Source: Podarcis muralis | Taxonomy: Eukaryota | Assembly: GCF_964188315.1 (NCBI RefSeq) | Contig: NC_135666.1 | Location: forward strand, 37,448,001 to 37,512,000 | Reading direction: 5' to 3' | Length of the DNA: 64,000 nt | Part shown: positions 36,441 to 49,330 of the stretch, in pieces | Numbering within the stretch: the stretch's first letter is position 1 | How the letters are laid out: every line of letters starts with the position of its first letter | Made by a program: the position numbers and the translations under genes | Notes under the pieces: generated by a model | What the model saw: the letters and a program-made list of their open reading frames with translations, nothing else | Told to the model about the DNA's origin: nothing | The model's database searches: none

Positions 36441-38091
36441 GTAGTCCTAATAGGAATTGGATAATATTCTGTAGGAGGTAATGTATTGCGTACTGATATG
36501 GAGAATTCCGGGTTCTTGGGTTTGTCTGTTTTGTTGTGTTTTTAGCTTTTAAATAAGCTTTGCTTGAGATAAGTGACCAAACAATCGTAGAATGATTCAG
36601 AAGAAGCACAGACTTCATACAGAAGGCTGGCCATGGTAGCTGCTTGCATACAGCAATGCCTTCTTTCTGTATTCATGTGGTGGGAACATGTACGTCCTCT
36701 AGATCCAAGCCGTAGGCACGTGCATTCGTGCAAACACAGACACATACATAACCACACAATGTCCATATTATAAGCAGCAATGCCCCCGAAGCACTTATCG
36801 TGTGAACTTGCCATTTAAATTATTCAACAGTGGCAAAGGCTCCCCCAAAAATTGACGGGACGGTGTGTGTTTGTGGAAGGCAGAATTAAACAAATCTGAT
36901 TTCTCCAGCCCTTTTAATTGTTCTCTGAAACGTTCGGAAACTTGAAGGGTGGGGGAGGGGGGAAAAGAATATAAAGGATATTCCCGTGCGTTTCCCAATA
37001 CCCACGCACCCGTACCCACCGCAGGACATGGAAGGGAGAGGTCTTGTTCATTTACAATAGCTGTAAACAATGTGTGTATCCGGTGTAAACAAGGCGCTGC
37101 AGCTCCTTCGCCTCTCGCTGGGCTGCTGCGCATAAAAGGCAAAGCGACAGCACAGCGCAGCCTCGAGCCCAAGCGAGGTCGCTGTTGCTTATTCCGCCTC
37201 ATTGGAATGCAGGCGCCCGGACACACTCCAATAATGATCGTAACCGAGGCCTTGTGAGCTACGGAGAAATCCTTGGGGTCCCCCCTCCCGAGTTTTCCTG
37301 CCTCCCCGGGCTCCCTCTTTCCGCCCCTTATGCCCTTAGGGTCTGCATTCCCTGCAGACATTGGAAGGACTGTTCTAGCTTCGGGGTGGGGGGGGGGGGG
37401 AGAAACAGCGGAGAGAAAACAGAGTGATTCTGAAGGCCACCACTGTAAGGAAAGGGAGAGCAAGGGCTGTGTGTGTGTGTGTGTTTGCGCAAACGGGCCG
37501 GCGGCGAGACCTCATAACACAATATAGCTCAATAAAATATAATGAGATAGAACCAGTAAGCAGGGATGGAAATTGCTACCAGATTCTCTCTCTTTACAGC
37601 GGAGTAACTGAAACACACCCAATACATAGGGAGGAAAACACCAGGGCAACAGACATTTTTGCGAATAATGCGAATAATATCACCAGCAACAGCAGCAACA
37701 ATAATCAAAGTATCCATTGATACGGATTAGACAATAAAATCTGGACATTCCTAAACTGGCAGAGTGCACCTGACCTTGAAGGAAACCTGCATGAGAAAAC
37801 CCGAAGACAACCGATCCTAGCTAAGCTTGAAGGTCTCCTCCAATAGCGCCTTGAAACATTTCCCCCCTCTTCCAACTTGGCTGAAATGGATTAATTGAGG
37901 CGACTGGAAAGGCGCGGGGTTTTCGGCGCGCAGAAGGCAAACCAATGGCATTGGGACTTAACGCCTGCCGAGGAAAGGTAGCTTGCCAGATTTCTTCGGT
38001 AAAAGGCGGTATTACTAGTATTGTATCGCTATTGCTACGGATGGACTCCGGCGCTTATTCTTATTCTTATTAGACCCGGTTGATGATTTCA

Positions 38092-38180
38092 AACTGAAGT
38101 AATTAAGGCAGTTTCGTGCTGTAGAGAGAGATTGAGATCCAGCCCCAACAACATGAAACTACCTAAACCACCGACCAGTT
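38092..38180 (-). ncRNA. MIR196B: mir-196 precursor (HoxA-linked; orthologue of mammalian mir-196b)
   Basis: Mature UAGGUAGUUUCAUGUUGUUGGG at 38165-38144. The 3' arm CUACAGCACGAAACUGCCUUAA (about 38124-38103) pairs with it. Flank ACTGGTCGGTG; located between HOXA10 and HOXA9. Confidence 0.95.
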
Positions 38181-39515
38181 CTCAGCCTCCTAATTAAGAG
38201 GGCTCCCCACTGCCGCTTTCCTTAGGAAACAGGATCCCGCTTCGAATAAATATGGAGAGACACCAATGCCCAAAAGAAACAGATTCCGAGCGGGTGGGGT
38301 GGGGAAAGCCCCCTCCCCCCCAAAAAACAGAACAGCAACAAGACCTCACCCTTCCCACCGTCCCCCTCCGCCCTCTCCACCAGAGTCTCCATCTCCGTCT
38401 ACAAACTTTCCACATTCTTGTGTGTTTAAAAAAAATATGAAGTTCTTTCTCTTCTTCTGGACCCGCCAAATCATTAGAAACGCCTTTGTGCCCACTTCGT
38501 AGTCACTCCGTTTAATCTTACTCTCCACGTTCCATCATAGTTCTCTAACTTAGCCCCGGATCGAATTAGGGTATGATGCCTTTTTAAAATGCAACTTAGA
38601 GAAGGGGCCAGCGGGGCAGGGAGGCCTCGAGAGGCAAGAATCCTTGTATACATAGGTTATCGAAGACGATCAAGATGCGCGGGTTCAAAGTCTGGAAAAA
38701 GAAATGGCTACACAGCCCTTTCAGGCTCCCATCACCACCGCCTCCACTCCCACCCCTTCCAATCTCCCCCTCTCTCTTCCCTCCCCACCCGATTCGCCTT
38801 TGTCTGGATTCTGGAGCTGATCAACGTGCAATGATACAGAACCTTAATGCCAAAACATTCTCCGCTTAAGCGCATCCGCAAGCAGGCAGGTAGCGAGGGG
38901 AGGAATAAAAACATGGCGGAAAAGCTGATCGATCAAGGAGAACAAGGCTCAAGATCCTCGTTCCCACGTGCTCACCTTTTCAGAATCGCCTTTTTGTGTA
39001 TGTGGGGGGGCATCTAGGTTTTCCTCTGGAGTTGAAAAGAGCTCCGAGCGTCTAGTGGGGTAGCTTTGTTTGGTTTAAAATAAAAAAAATAAAAAATAAT
39101 AATAGTGGATCCTTCCTCGTGAGTTAGCCACCGAGTTATTTTAATAAAATAAATAAATAAAGAGAAGCCCAGGTCCTCTAACTTCGCAAATAGGCAGCCC
39201 TTGGCTTCCTCTGTCTGTGCAGCCCCTCAGTCAACTAAAACCACTCGTCCAAGACAGCAACAATCCAGATATACTAGCAAGTCATAAAACTGAACAAAAG
39301 CCGACAAACCTTACAGCACCATTGCTATATGGCCCAGACAAATTACGACCGTCTAGGTAATATTTAAATAGATTCCTAAAGTAATTGCAGGGGGCTCGGG
39401 CAAACTATTCCTGTTGTAAAAGTTCTTGGAGATCTGAAAGTAGGACCATGAGAATAAACAGTCACAAACGAGGTATTTTTTTTTTTTTAAAAAGAGGGTG
39501 GTTCATTCCATGCCT

Positions 39516-39521
39516 TTTATT
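39516..39521 (-). terminator. Likely HOXA10 polyadenylation signal AATAAA
   Basis: TTTATT on the plus strand, about 1.3 kb downstream of the stop. Confidence 0.45.
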
Positions 39522-40629
39522 CTTCTTCCAAGAGAAACATAAACAGCGTCTCCATTTTGTCCTGTGTTTTTTTGTTTTTGTTTTTGTTTTGCTTTACTTC
39601 CACGCAGGGCAGCATTACAGTTCATTGGTTTTAAGGTAAGGAGGGGATGGACGAGAGATAGAGCTAACATCGAGAATAACGCTATAGAATGCTTTGCTTG
39701 CAACAGTATCGGCATTTTAATAATATTAATAATATTAATATTAATAGACATTTATACATATTCTGTATTCATAGATATTTTTTTCTTAAAAAAAAAATCT
39801 TCTCTTTGCACTACACGCTTGACCTTTTCAACGCATGTAACTTCACAGTATCAAAGAAACCAGGGGGGGAAACTTTCACCTCCCTTGCTGTCCCCCACAG
39901 TCAAGTCAGGGGGGAAATTCATCTGGTGGTCCAATATACATAGAATAACACACCTCTCCGTGGACAAAGTCGTTTCTCCTCTCCAAAGCGGGAAGATTTC
40001 TTCCTTCCTTCCTTTCATGTGCTTGCCAAGCGTAACTAGCGGTAACCCAAAGGTATCCAAAGCAAAAACTACCTCAAGTCATTACCTACAACCAGAAAGT
40101 GTAAGATTTTAGCCAATAAAGCAGACAAAGACTTTCCTCTCTCCTTTTGGGGGGGGGAGGGGGAGGAGGAGGAGGAGGGGGAAGAGGTCTCATTTTCGTG
40201 GCAATTTAAAAAGTTGTAATATTAAATATGGATTTTTGGGTACGCGGGGGATTGGGCACAAACAAACATATAAGTGCGCCAGACTTGGCTCCTGACACCA
40301 TATTCTATAACCTGATTTTATCTGGATCGGCTAGACGCATGTTTCCTATTAAGCAGCGGCGTGGCCAGATTTTAATTATTCAAAACCATCCTCGGCTCAG
40401 ATCCAAAACACCAGCTACTATTACAGTGGGGTGGGAGAGAACGCAAGTTGCCTTCAGTCTTATTTGGCTCAATTTTCTGAAAATGGAGTTTGGGAGAAGG
40501 GTGTTGAGAAGGGGGGGACAATAGGCATCTAGGGTTCTGAAAACCATTTCCCCCCCTCAGCGTCAGACTTTCCAGACCGGGCATTGACTGAGGGCAGCAG
40601 CGGACATGGATGGGGTAGTGTGCATCAGT

Positions 40630-40637
40630 TATGGCTT
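40630..40637 (-). other. miR-135 8mer site in HOXA10 3'UTR
   Basis: Plus-strand TATGGCTT equals miR-135 nt 1-8. HOXA10 is an established miR-135 target in mammals. Confidence 0.5.
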
Positions 40638-40814
40638 CATCCCAACGAAATCAATTACCAAGAGGCCATGGAGAGGCCGAGGATGTAATTGAAAGGCTCG
40701 GACGCACACAGGTGCGAGTAGCTAGAGGTGGGGAGGAGACCCGTGGGTGGGGGGGGGTGGGGGGGTGGAACCGTCCTAGCTGTTCAGACCATCAAGATGC
40801 GTGCCTAGGGTTCA

Positions 40815-41089
40815 TCAGGAGAAATTGAAGTTGGCTGTGAGCTCCCGGATTCGATTCTCCCTGTTCATTTTCTTCAGTTTCATCCTGCGGTTCTGAAACC
40901 AGATTTTGACTTGTCTGTCTGTTAGGTGGACTGTGCGGCTGATCTCTAGGCGACGCTCACGAGTCAGGTACATGTTGAACAGAAACTCCTTTTCCAGCTC
41001 GAGAGTTTGGTGCTTGGTGTAAGGGCATCGCTTCTTCCTGCCACTTTTTGCGGTGAGCCAACTGGCTGCGTTCTCTCCTTTGGAATTGC
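40815..41089 (-). CDS. HOXA10: Homeobox A10, exon 2 (homeodomain)
   Basis: Acceptor AAAACTAG|GC. Encodes (G)[90 protein letters not shown]. 275 nt. Confidence 0.98.
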
Positions 41090-41611
41090 CTAGTTTTAAG
41101 GGGAAAAAATAAGGGGGGGAAAGGGAAGGTTACCAGAACGACACCAGGAAAACTTGGGCGGCGTAGCGGGGCTGGGCTGGGGGACGCTTCCGTACTTAGT
41201 ACCGAATATAAATTTGAGAAGGGCACTCTGGCCTTCCTTCAGGGTTCGGGTCCCTCTTAAATTGGGAGCCCCAAAGGAGAGCGAGCATTGCAACACACTC
41301 CCTGACTTTGCCGCATCTCGCTGGTCTGAGAGACCGGATCGCTTTTGGAGTTGACACCGATGCGCACAAATGCCTTTGGCAGTGGCGTCTTGCAGGGTTT
41401 TGCCTCTGCTTCAGTCCTGGCCGTTTGTTCTCAAAACACTCGTTGCGAGACCGCCCCCTGCTCCCTCCCCTAAATCCAGATTATTTGAAAATGTGGTCGA
41501 CGCTGCCGAAGCGCTCGATTAAAAAAAAAGAAGAACCCCTCGGTGGCTGTTTTTTTTTATTGGGGGTGGGGTCGTTTTCGAATTGTTATGCCTAATATTT
41601 CTGGCGAATGA

Positions 41612-41793
41612 GGGCTGCAATCCCATCTAAACCACTCCACACACCCTTCCAGAGCATGTTCGCTCAGAAGTAAGTCCCACTGTGTTCAGTGCGGCTTACT
41701 CCCCGGTAAGCAGGTATAGGAATGTTGCGTTACTGAGAATCAAGCCCGTTCAATTCAGTGGCGCAGCAAACAAGCAAGCATAGGAACGGGCTG
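41612..41793. mobile_element. Composite MITE-like copies in HOXA10 intron
   Basis: GGGCTGCAATCC at 41612; core GCATGTTCGCTCAGAAGTAAGTCCCACTGTGTTCAGTGCGGCTTACTCCCCGGTAAGCAGGTATAGGA at 41654-41721; a further degenerate copy follows. Confidence 0.65.
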
Positions 41794-42912
41794 TGCGTTT
41801 CCAAATTCAAATTAAATCTAAACCGTTGGGCAGTTTAGCGCTGAGATGGTTCCTACAAGCACACACTGATGATGCACGTTGTTTTTTTTAAAGCACATAT
41901 GCATTTCTCTTTATTTTTTGGACGTACATGTAACTGGAGGTGGGGTTGGGGCGGGAAACCCAACTCTCTCTGTGTGCATTTAGATAACGATATGCATATG
42001 CATGTATGTGTGCACGCACGTAACATGCTTCATTGCATCCTGTTTCAGAATTGTGGGAGAAAAGACAACTGTAAGCTTACCCTGCGGAGTTCCCGGTTTT
42101 ATTTCCTTATTATTATTTTATTATTCCCTTTAATGGCATCATGAAATAGAAAATCCTTCTGCAAAAGCCACTCGCCATCCCCGCGCGTTGAAATGAATGA
42201 CTGAGCACCGACCAGGAACTCTGGCATTCTTGCACAGCTCCCATTCATTCCAATGACCCTGCGTATATTTCAACACAGAAGCCTTGTGGCGCTCTGGAGA
42301 GCCTCTCGCAGCGCAGTCTCCAGCAGTCTAATTTGATAGTGCTTCATAGAAGAGAATTTTAACCCAGCTGCCTTTTTTTTTTTTTAAAGGCATCCAGGAT
42401 CGTAAACTAGAACTTAGCCTGTTAATGGGCTTATTTATTGGCGCTGGCCCCTTGCTTACTTTGGACGCTTTACAAACATCTATGTTATCTCTGCAGTCAC
42501 CTCAGCATCACTTGAGGCGAGGAAATACAGAGCTGTATTTATCTCTTTTTCCTTTTCTTCCTATTTTGTCTCTTTTCAAGCCCTTTGGCTTTAGGATTTT
42601 ACCCATACTCAGCTTTTCCTTTCTTTTTGCATGGCTCATAAACTCGAAGGGGTGGCTATATCAATATTTATTTATTTACAGCATCCCAGCGTCCAAATAT
42701 GAATGGCAGCTCAGCAGGTTACGCTCAGCCGCTCTATGAATGGCCATTTTGGCCAGCGAAGGGGGCTTCCAGTATTCTGGTCGATTCTCACCCCCTTATC
42801 GCATCCCACCCCTCCTGGTTTTTGTGGCAACGGGGCCGGCTGCCGTGCGCGGGGGCGGGGGAGCTAGGCGGGTAGAGAGTAGTGCATTTATTTATTTTAT
42901 TTTATTGCTTAC

Positions 42913-43882
42913 CTAGCGTTTCCTTCTCTGGAGAGGGCTTGCTGTTCTCTGAAGGAGCCGGGGAGAGTTCTTCGGGGGCCGAAGAGGAAGCTTGCCCTTC
43001 TTCCTCACCCCTTTGGGCCACGCAAGCCAAGGTGCTGGGGGGGGATGAATCCTCGCTCTCTTTCCTCCCCGGATCCGGCGGTGGGACTGCAGGAGTCAAC
43101 GCTGGCGGAGTTTCAAAGCGCACTTGAGGTTGCGGGGCGAACTGGGAAGGAACCACCATCTGCCCCGGATGGTGCTGCTGCTGCTGCTGCTGTTGGTGAT
43201 GATGTTGATGGTGGTGGTTGCTGTTGTTGTTGTAGCTGCTGCCATTGCTGCTGCCGCTGCTCTTGCTGGTACCGTAGGCTTGAGACAAGCGGAAGTAGCC
43301 TGGGACGGGCACCCCGGTGGCTGTCACGTTGTTCATGGAGCAGACCTCCGAGCTCAGCCTTGGGAAAACGGACAAGTCGGTGGCCGCCGCCTCTTTGGGG
43401 CCCTTCTCGGCGTCATAGAGGCAGTAGGAGCTCTCCTCTTTGATGTTGGGAGCGAAGGAGCAGGAGGTCGCCTGCGGGCTCTCGTGCTCTTCCAGGCGGC
43501 AGGACCTGGGGGGATCTAGCCAGACTTCCATCCCTGACATGTAGGCGTGAGAAGCCGGCGCCACGCTTGGAGAAGGGCCTTCATTGCGTTTGCTCAAGAC
43601 CGGGAAAAGCCCGTAGCTTTGCAGCCCATAGGACAGATCGGACGCCTGTGGCAGGTAGACACCGCTGTTGTTGGGATAGTAGCCGCCGCCGCCTCCTCCG
43701 CCTCCTCCTCCTCCAACTCCTCCGCCGCCCCCGCCTCCGCCTCCTCCGCCTTCCCCTCTGCTTGAGGCTGAGCTGATCAAGGAGTCCACCAAAAAAGAGT
43801 TTGCAGCGGGGCTCTCCGAGCATGCCATGGCCGTGGTGGAATAATTTGGCGAAGAGAGCAGATAGCCCTTTCTGGCTGACAT
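42913..43882 (-). CDS. HOXA10: Homeobox A10, exon 1
   Basis: MSARKGYLLSSPNYSTTAMACSESPAANSFLVDSLI...NIKEESSYCLY...VPVPGYFRLSQAY...PEKETL. Donor CTAG|GTAAGC. 970 nt (phase 1); spliced 414 aa. Confidence 0.97.
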
Positions 43883-44699
43883 TTCTTGTGCAAAACATGC
43901 TGGATATGATTAGAGATACCCCCGCGCCACGGCGAGTGCGTGCAGCCAATGGAATCCCAGCCCTCGCCAGCAACCCCTCCCCGTTTGGTTTCGTAGGCAA
44001 TGAGCTGCTCTCAGGTCCACTGCTGAATTTTATATATGTGTGTGTGTATGTGTGTGTGTGTGTGTAATCGATGGTGCCACATAGCTGCCCTTGCCTAGGT
44101 ACCCGGGGTACAATTGATGTTGCCACATATAGGCTGTCTTTTGCCTGCGTGTGAGCAAAGGAGGGGGAAAGGCGCGCGTGGGCTCTCGCGCACACGGAGG
44201 AGAAAGGGGAGACAAACAATAGAAAACAATTTGCCCCGATTTTAATGCAACCCATAATTTAGCCAGGCTTCCTCTTTAAGCATATGCGCTAATATAAAAT
44301 TGCAAAGGAGCATATTAAGCGTTCAGGTCGTAAAGCGAGCTGTAAGTGAACCTTTCAACATCCCAGCTCCTCTCTCTCTTTCTCCCACCTCGCCACCAAC
44401 ATTCCCCCCTCCCCCTTTTGCTCTCCCAATCCCATCTCATACAGCCCATGGCTGTGATGAAATTATTAAAACCTCAGTATTTATTGTCAAGCCCTGGGAC
44501 ATGCTTTTGCTTACCTATTTCTAGTGGCGGTGATTATGGCATCACGGGCCACTGGAAGTTCTAAACCAATCTGACCTCCTCACTAGCACTGAAGGTTTAC
44601 GGACATCATAAAGTCACCCAATGTCTCCTCAAGATGACAACGGCACTAATGAAGAAAATTCTCAAGCCTGGCTCCCATCTTTGAATATTGGCATATACG

Positions 44700-44790
44700 T
44701 GTTTTACGCGGAAGCAAGTCCCACTGTGTTCAGTGTGGGATGGGTGGGTTTACTTTCAGCTAAGTGTACATATAGAAATACCGGCTCAGA
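44700..44790. mobile_element. Degenerate MITE-like copy upstream of HOXA10
   Basis: GGAAGCAAGTCCCACTGTGTTCAGTG...TTTACTTTCAGCTAAGTG; shares AAGTCCCACTGTGTTCAGTG with 41672-41691. Confidence 0.55.
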
Positions 44791-47700
44791 AGTGAACCCC
44801 CGCCTGGCAGAGAGGCTGAGGAGCGCCACTGTGAAATATTCCTGTCTAGCGCCGCAGAAGCAACAGTAACAATATGAGCCCATCTTTGTTGACCCAGTAA
44901 GCAAGCATTGCATCGAAGTCTTCCGTATCTGGTCTTAAACTAACATGCGAAGCAGAAATATCTGGTGTGTCTTGTAGGGACGAGGATAGCAAAAGGTCTC
45001 ACAGAACGTGGATGCGAGATATCCTCAGATTAACATTCAATTCTAATGGTTAGTGTTCGGAATGGTTTCTTTTTCCCCCAAGGGGGAGTATAATAATAAT
45101 CGCACACCCACTATAGATTCAAAAGTGCGCCACAAGCAAATTATCTCAAAATATCCTCATTCTCAACCCATAAAAGGCTAAAAAGGACTGTCAGACAAAA
45201 CTGTGTAGCCAGTTCGTAATTGTGGTAGACAACTAGCAGACAAGAGAGTGAGACCGGCAGACGGGGGCAGATAGATAGATTTTTTAATTGGGGGGGGGGG
45301 GGAGAGAGAGAGCGAAAGAATGGCTCCACTTCTCTCTCTGCCTCTCTGTCTCTCATGTTCTTGGCACGCGTTGTTTGGAAATAATAAAAACTTGAGAGAA
45401 ATAACATCTCTTATTGTCCATGGAGTCTTTTAGAATTATTATTTTTTAAGAAAAGAAAACAAATATTTGTTTAACTTTTTTTTTTTTAGGTTACAAATCC
45501 CTGCGTTAAGTATCTCTTCTTCCAAACCGCCCCAGCTGGTAGGATTTAAATGATCGCCTGTCTCTGCTCCCAAGCGAGTAGGAATATTCTTTTGAACAAT
45601 TCAATATTGTGCTGTAAATCTTCTGCTCGGTTCCGTTTTGGCACCCACTCCCTCGTCCATAAAGCCCTCAAAATCGCTAAGAATGCCAAGGGAATCGGGA
45701 GGCAAAGGCGCTGCCTTATTTTCCTGACCAAGCCTTCGGTGTAGTGAGTGCAGCAGAGAGGGTGGCTTTCAGATATACCCTCTCTCTCTGGCACGGCTTA
45801 CCCTTGGCTTTCATACAATGCAGGTCGAGTCCTGCAAAATGCTCATATGCCACTCCGCACATTTCCCCCTTTCCACGGAGGGCTGGGTAGGGTAGGATTG
45901 ATCTGCCAAGCCTCGCATGCCTAATAACGCCCTGGTTTTGCCTACAAAAGTGGGGAATTTCCCTCCCTTCCTTCTGGGATTCCCCTCCGCTTAGCTTCTA
46001 AAAGATTCAGAAGGCAGCAGGACACAGAACGCGACTTTTCTCCTAGGCAAGTGAACGCGAAGGGGGCCTCCTGAGGTTTCTGGCTTGTCGGATGGGAAGC
46101 CTGGCAGAGATAGTTGCAACTTTGCCGGGCCCGTAAAATCTTTATGGAAAGGCAAGACGTCCTTCTTAAGCCACTTCCACCACTGCCATACCCATCACCC
46201 TCACCTCTCATCTCCTCTCCCACCAGCCAATAATTGCACCCTGGGTTTTTCACTTCTGCTGGCTTCCAGCACAAGTTAAGCATGGAGGCAGAACAACCAG
46301 AGGCAGGGGGTCAGCAGCCTATAAGTAGAGCCGCCTTCCCCACACCCTGGAGTAATATTGTCCGTGTTTCCCCAACTCGACTTAACTTACACTGTGTTAA
46401 TGTGTGAGGAACAAGTTCTTATCAGATTCCTAGGAGGGCAATATGACTTCTAGCAAAATTAATGCCATATAAGGAGCACTTTTATGGGCTAGCACATTGG
46501 AAACGTATTATCAATGGGCTTAGAGTTGTAACAGCAGATCTCCGCGCAATGAAATGGGACCCGCGCGCACGGCCCACCTTCGCCTTTCCCAGGACTTGGT
46601 GGGGCTAAAATCAGGTAGATCAAAACTTCGAGGAGGGGGAATCTCGTCCCTCTGTGCGGTGTGTTGATCCCCGCCTTCACCCCTCAGCTGCCAGATCCAA
46701 AAGAAATGAAGCGCATGCCTTGAAAAATCTTGCTACTTATGCAACAACAACAACAACAACAGCCGTCTACCTGGGGAAGGGTCCGTTGGCGAACAAAGGA
46801 AAGATACTACAAGTCTGTTTAAAAATAATAATCACCCCCCCCAGTTTAAATAAAAAGATTGCGAATCTATAGATCCCAATGGAAAGAATTCCCTTCCGCC
46901 ATTCCTCTCTTTAAATAAGTGCTACAGTGAAGGTCGAGCCGATTCGTGACTCTAGCGAAGGCGAAAAACCTGGAGATACGGGAATTCGCACCTCCTAAGT
47001 GCACGGGCGACTGACCATTTCCCGTTTCAAAGAGGTCCAGGGGCATCCCGTGGGCCACTTTGGAGGTCAATTGGACCTTTGGTCGGATCCATCCCAGCAA
47101 GACTCGGTTTCTGCTCTTAGGATTCAAGAGAAGACTCGAAGGGGAAACCGGCGGTCGAAACCAGAGGAGCGGGGCTAGGAAAATGGTTTGAAACCTCTTC
47201 TCTTTCAGGTTAGAACCGCTTGCAGCTGGACACACACACACACACACCCTCTGCAATCCAGGGTCCTGTTGGTTCCTTTTCACTCAAAGTATAAGGCAAT
47301 AAGGAAGCGGCCCCTCGTATCCAGGGCCCCCTTTTATGGTTGCGTTTGTGGGACCCAAAGCGTCTGGGCTTTGATGGTCAAGGCACCCAGGGCCGGATCC
47401 AAAGCCCGGGGAGGTCAATGGTAAAGAGAAGGCTAGCATTTGACTCGGGGAAGCTTTTGGACCGCGCGAGGAGGAGCTCGTGAACTCGGCTCTCGGCGCC
47501 TTTTCCTTTAATCGCTAACAAGGCCAAAAGCATCGTCAAAGCCAGTGAAGTAAAACTAATAATGCGCACTTGATTTTTAACTATAAAAGATAATGGTCAA
47601 TTCTAGAGCAAACTAAACTACTTTGGCGTGCATTGTGTGTAGCGGTAACATTTTAAACACTTAACAATGTGTCTCGGACATTAACCAGGACTTTATAGCA

Positions 47701-49275
47701 TTTCTTGAGACTATTATGCAGGGCGCGCGCGGGGGGGGGGGAGAGAGAAGAGAAATGACTGCTTTTTCATTCTGCTCCTGCCAACAAACTCGTCTGGGAG
47801 ATTGGGAAGTGGGTGGGTGGAGGGTTGGCGGGTTAAGCACCAGCAAACAGCCAGCCAGCTCTACAACCAGGTTGCGCTGGAACATGTGGGTCGGCAAAGC
47901 CTAGAGTCTCCTTAGTTGAGTTATGGAATGGACCGAAGGCTCTCAGAAGCCACCCAAAGGGCTGGTAGTTTGAGGTGAGGGGTGGGGAGACCAGCTTTTG
48001 TACACTGCGGAGACACAGATATCCTATTAATTTTTTAAACAACAACAACAACGCCACAGTTATTGGTCCAAGAGAAATATAATGGCTGCATTAGTACAGT
48101 CGTTAGGCTGTTTTATGAGTTTGAACTGAAAATTAAAAAAGACTGGAAGGGCTAAGGAAGACACAATAACTTAAGCCAAGTTAGATCGAAGGAGGGATTT
48201 CCCCCCCCCCTGCCACTTTCTGTCTCTCTTCCTTTAAAATCCCACTCGCTGAAGAGAATGATTTATCCACTCCTTATTTCCAGGAGGAACTAAAAAGGTA
48301 CAACATTGTTAAGAAAGGGATGCTATTTTGTATGCTAATTAAAACGGGCTTTATATTTCTGACATGGGTAAATTGAGGTTTTGCGGGAAAGGGGCTGGCG
48401 GTGGCGGGGGGGGGGGGCGGGCGCGGAGAGGAAGGAAAAAGTGTAAAAGCTATCATGGGAGTCGGAAGGCTGCCTGCCTTTAAATATATAGCCGCAGATT
48501 GCATTTTGTAAATCTCCACCCAAATTAATACAATCAGTGCGCACTTATTTAACATTAAAAGTGTCAGTTGTCAAGAATGTGACTGTGTGCCAAGGCAGTT
48601 TTCCCTCTGGAAAAATTTCCAAACAGGCGGCTTTCCATCAGGCGTTTTAAGAACCGCATCTCTGCGCCAAGAAAAGGTGTCAAACGACTACCGAAGTAAT
48701 TTTTTATCTTCGCTTCGAAATTCTTTCAGGTTAAAAGGAGGGGGGAAGGGGGAGAGGGCCTGAAGGGTAAAGAGTGAGCGACGATCGGGTTTGGGAGATT
48801 TATTTCCTTTAAAATTTGGACTTCGTTTGCACCTTAAGCCCATTTTTTTTTCCTGGCAGCTGGGATTCTGGTCTGGCTGAAATCCTGCTCACCGGTTTGC
48901 TGGTGACTACCTTCCTTCTTCTCTCTGATAGGGATGGGATTTATGTGCGGGCAACCGAGCGCAGGATCGCAGCCTGGCACCCTAGTGTTAAACGCGTCGG
49001 TCGGGAAGGAAGTCCTGCTGGTTTCAATAGCACATCCTTCCGCGCGAGAGTGGATGGGACCACAGACGTATATGAATGCGTGTTTACTTGGACGTAAATT
49101 CAGTTGAAGTCAAGGGCATCTCTCCCAAATCAACGTCTCCTAAGGAATGGGAGCAGAGCACAAGTCTTTTCAGGTCTCAGTGGGGCTCACATTCAAAATA
49201 AGGCCATTCCAAGGCCTAAGCTAGAGGATCCGGAGCATAAGAAAGTTATTAAATACTACAGTCCTGCGCACACTT

Positions 49276-49330
49276 AACCTGAGACTTGAAGCCCTATTGA
49301 ATTTAATGCGACTCACTTCTGGGCTAGCAA
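49276..49330. mobile_element. Highly degenerate MITE-like remnant
   Basis: CCTGAGACTTGAAGCCCTATTGAATTTAATGCGACTCACTTCTGGG. Confidence 0.4.

Noticed and set aside
39564-40112. 182-aa plus-strand ORF
   Set aside because: AT-rich low-complexity antisense of the HOXA10 3'UTR with a non-ATG start.
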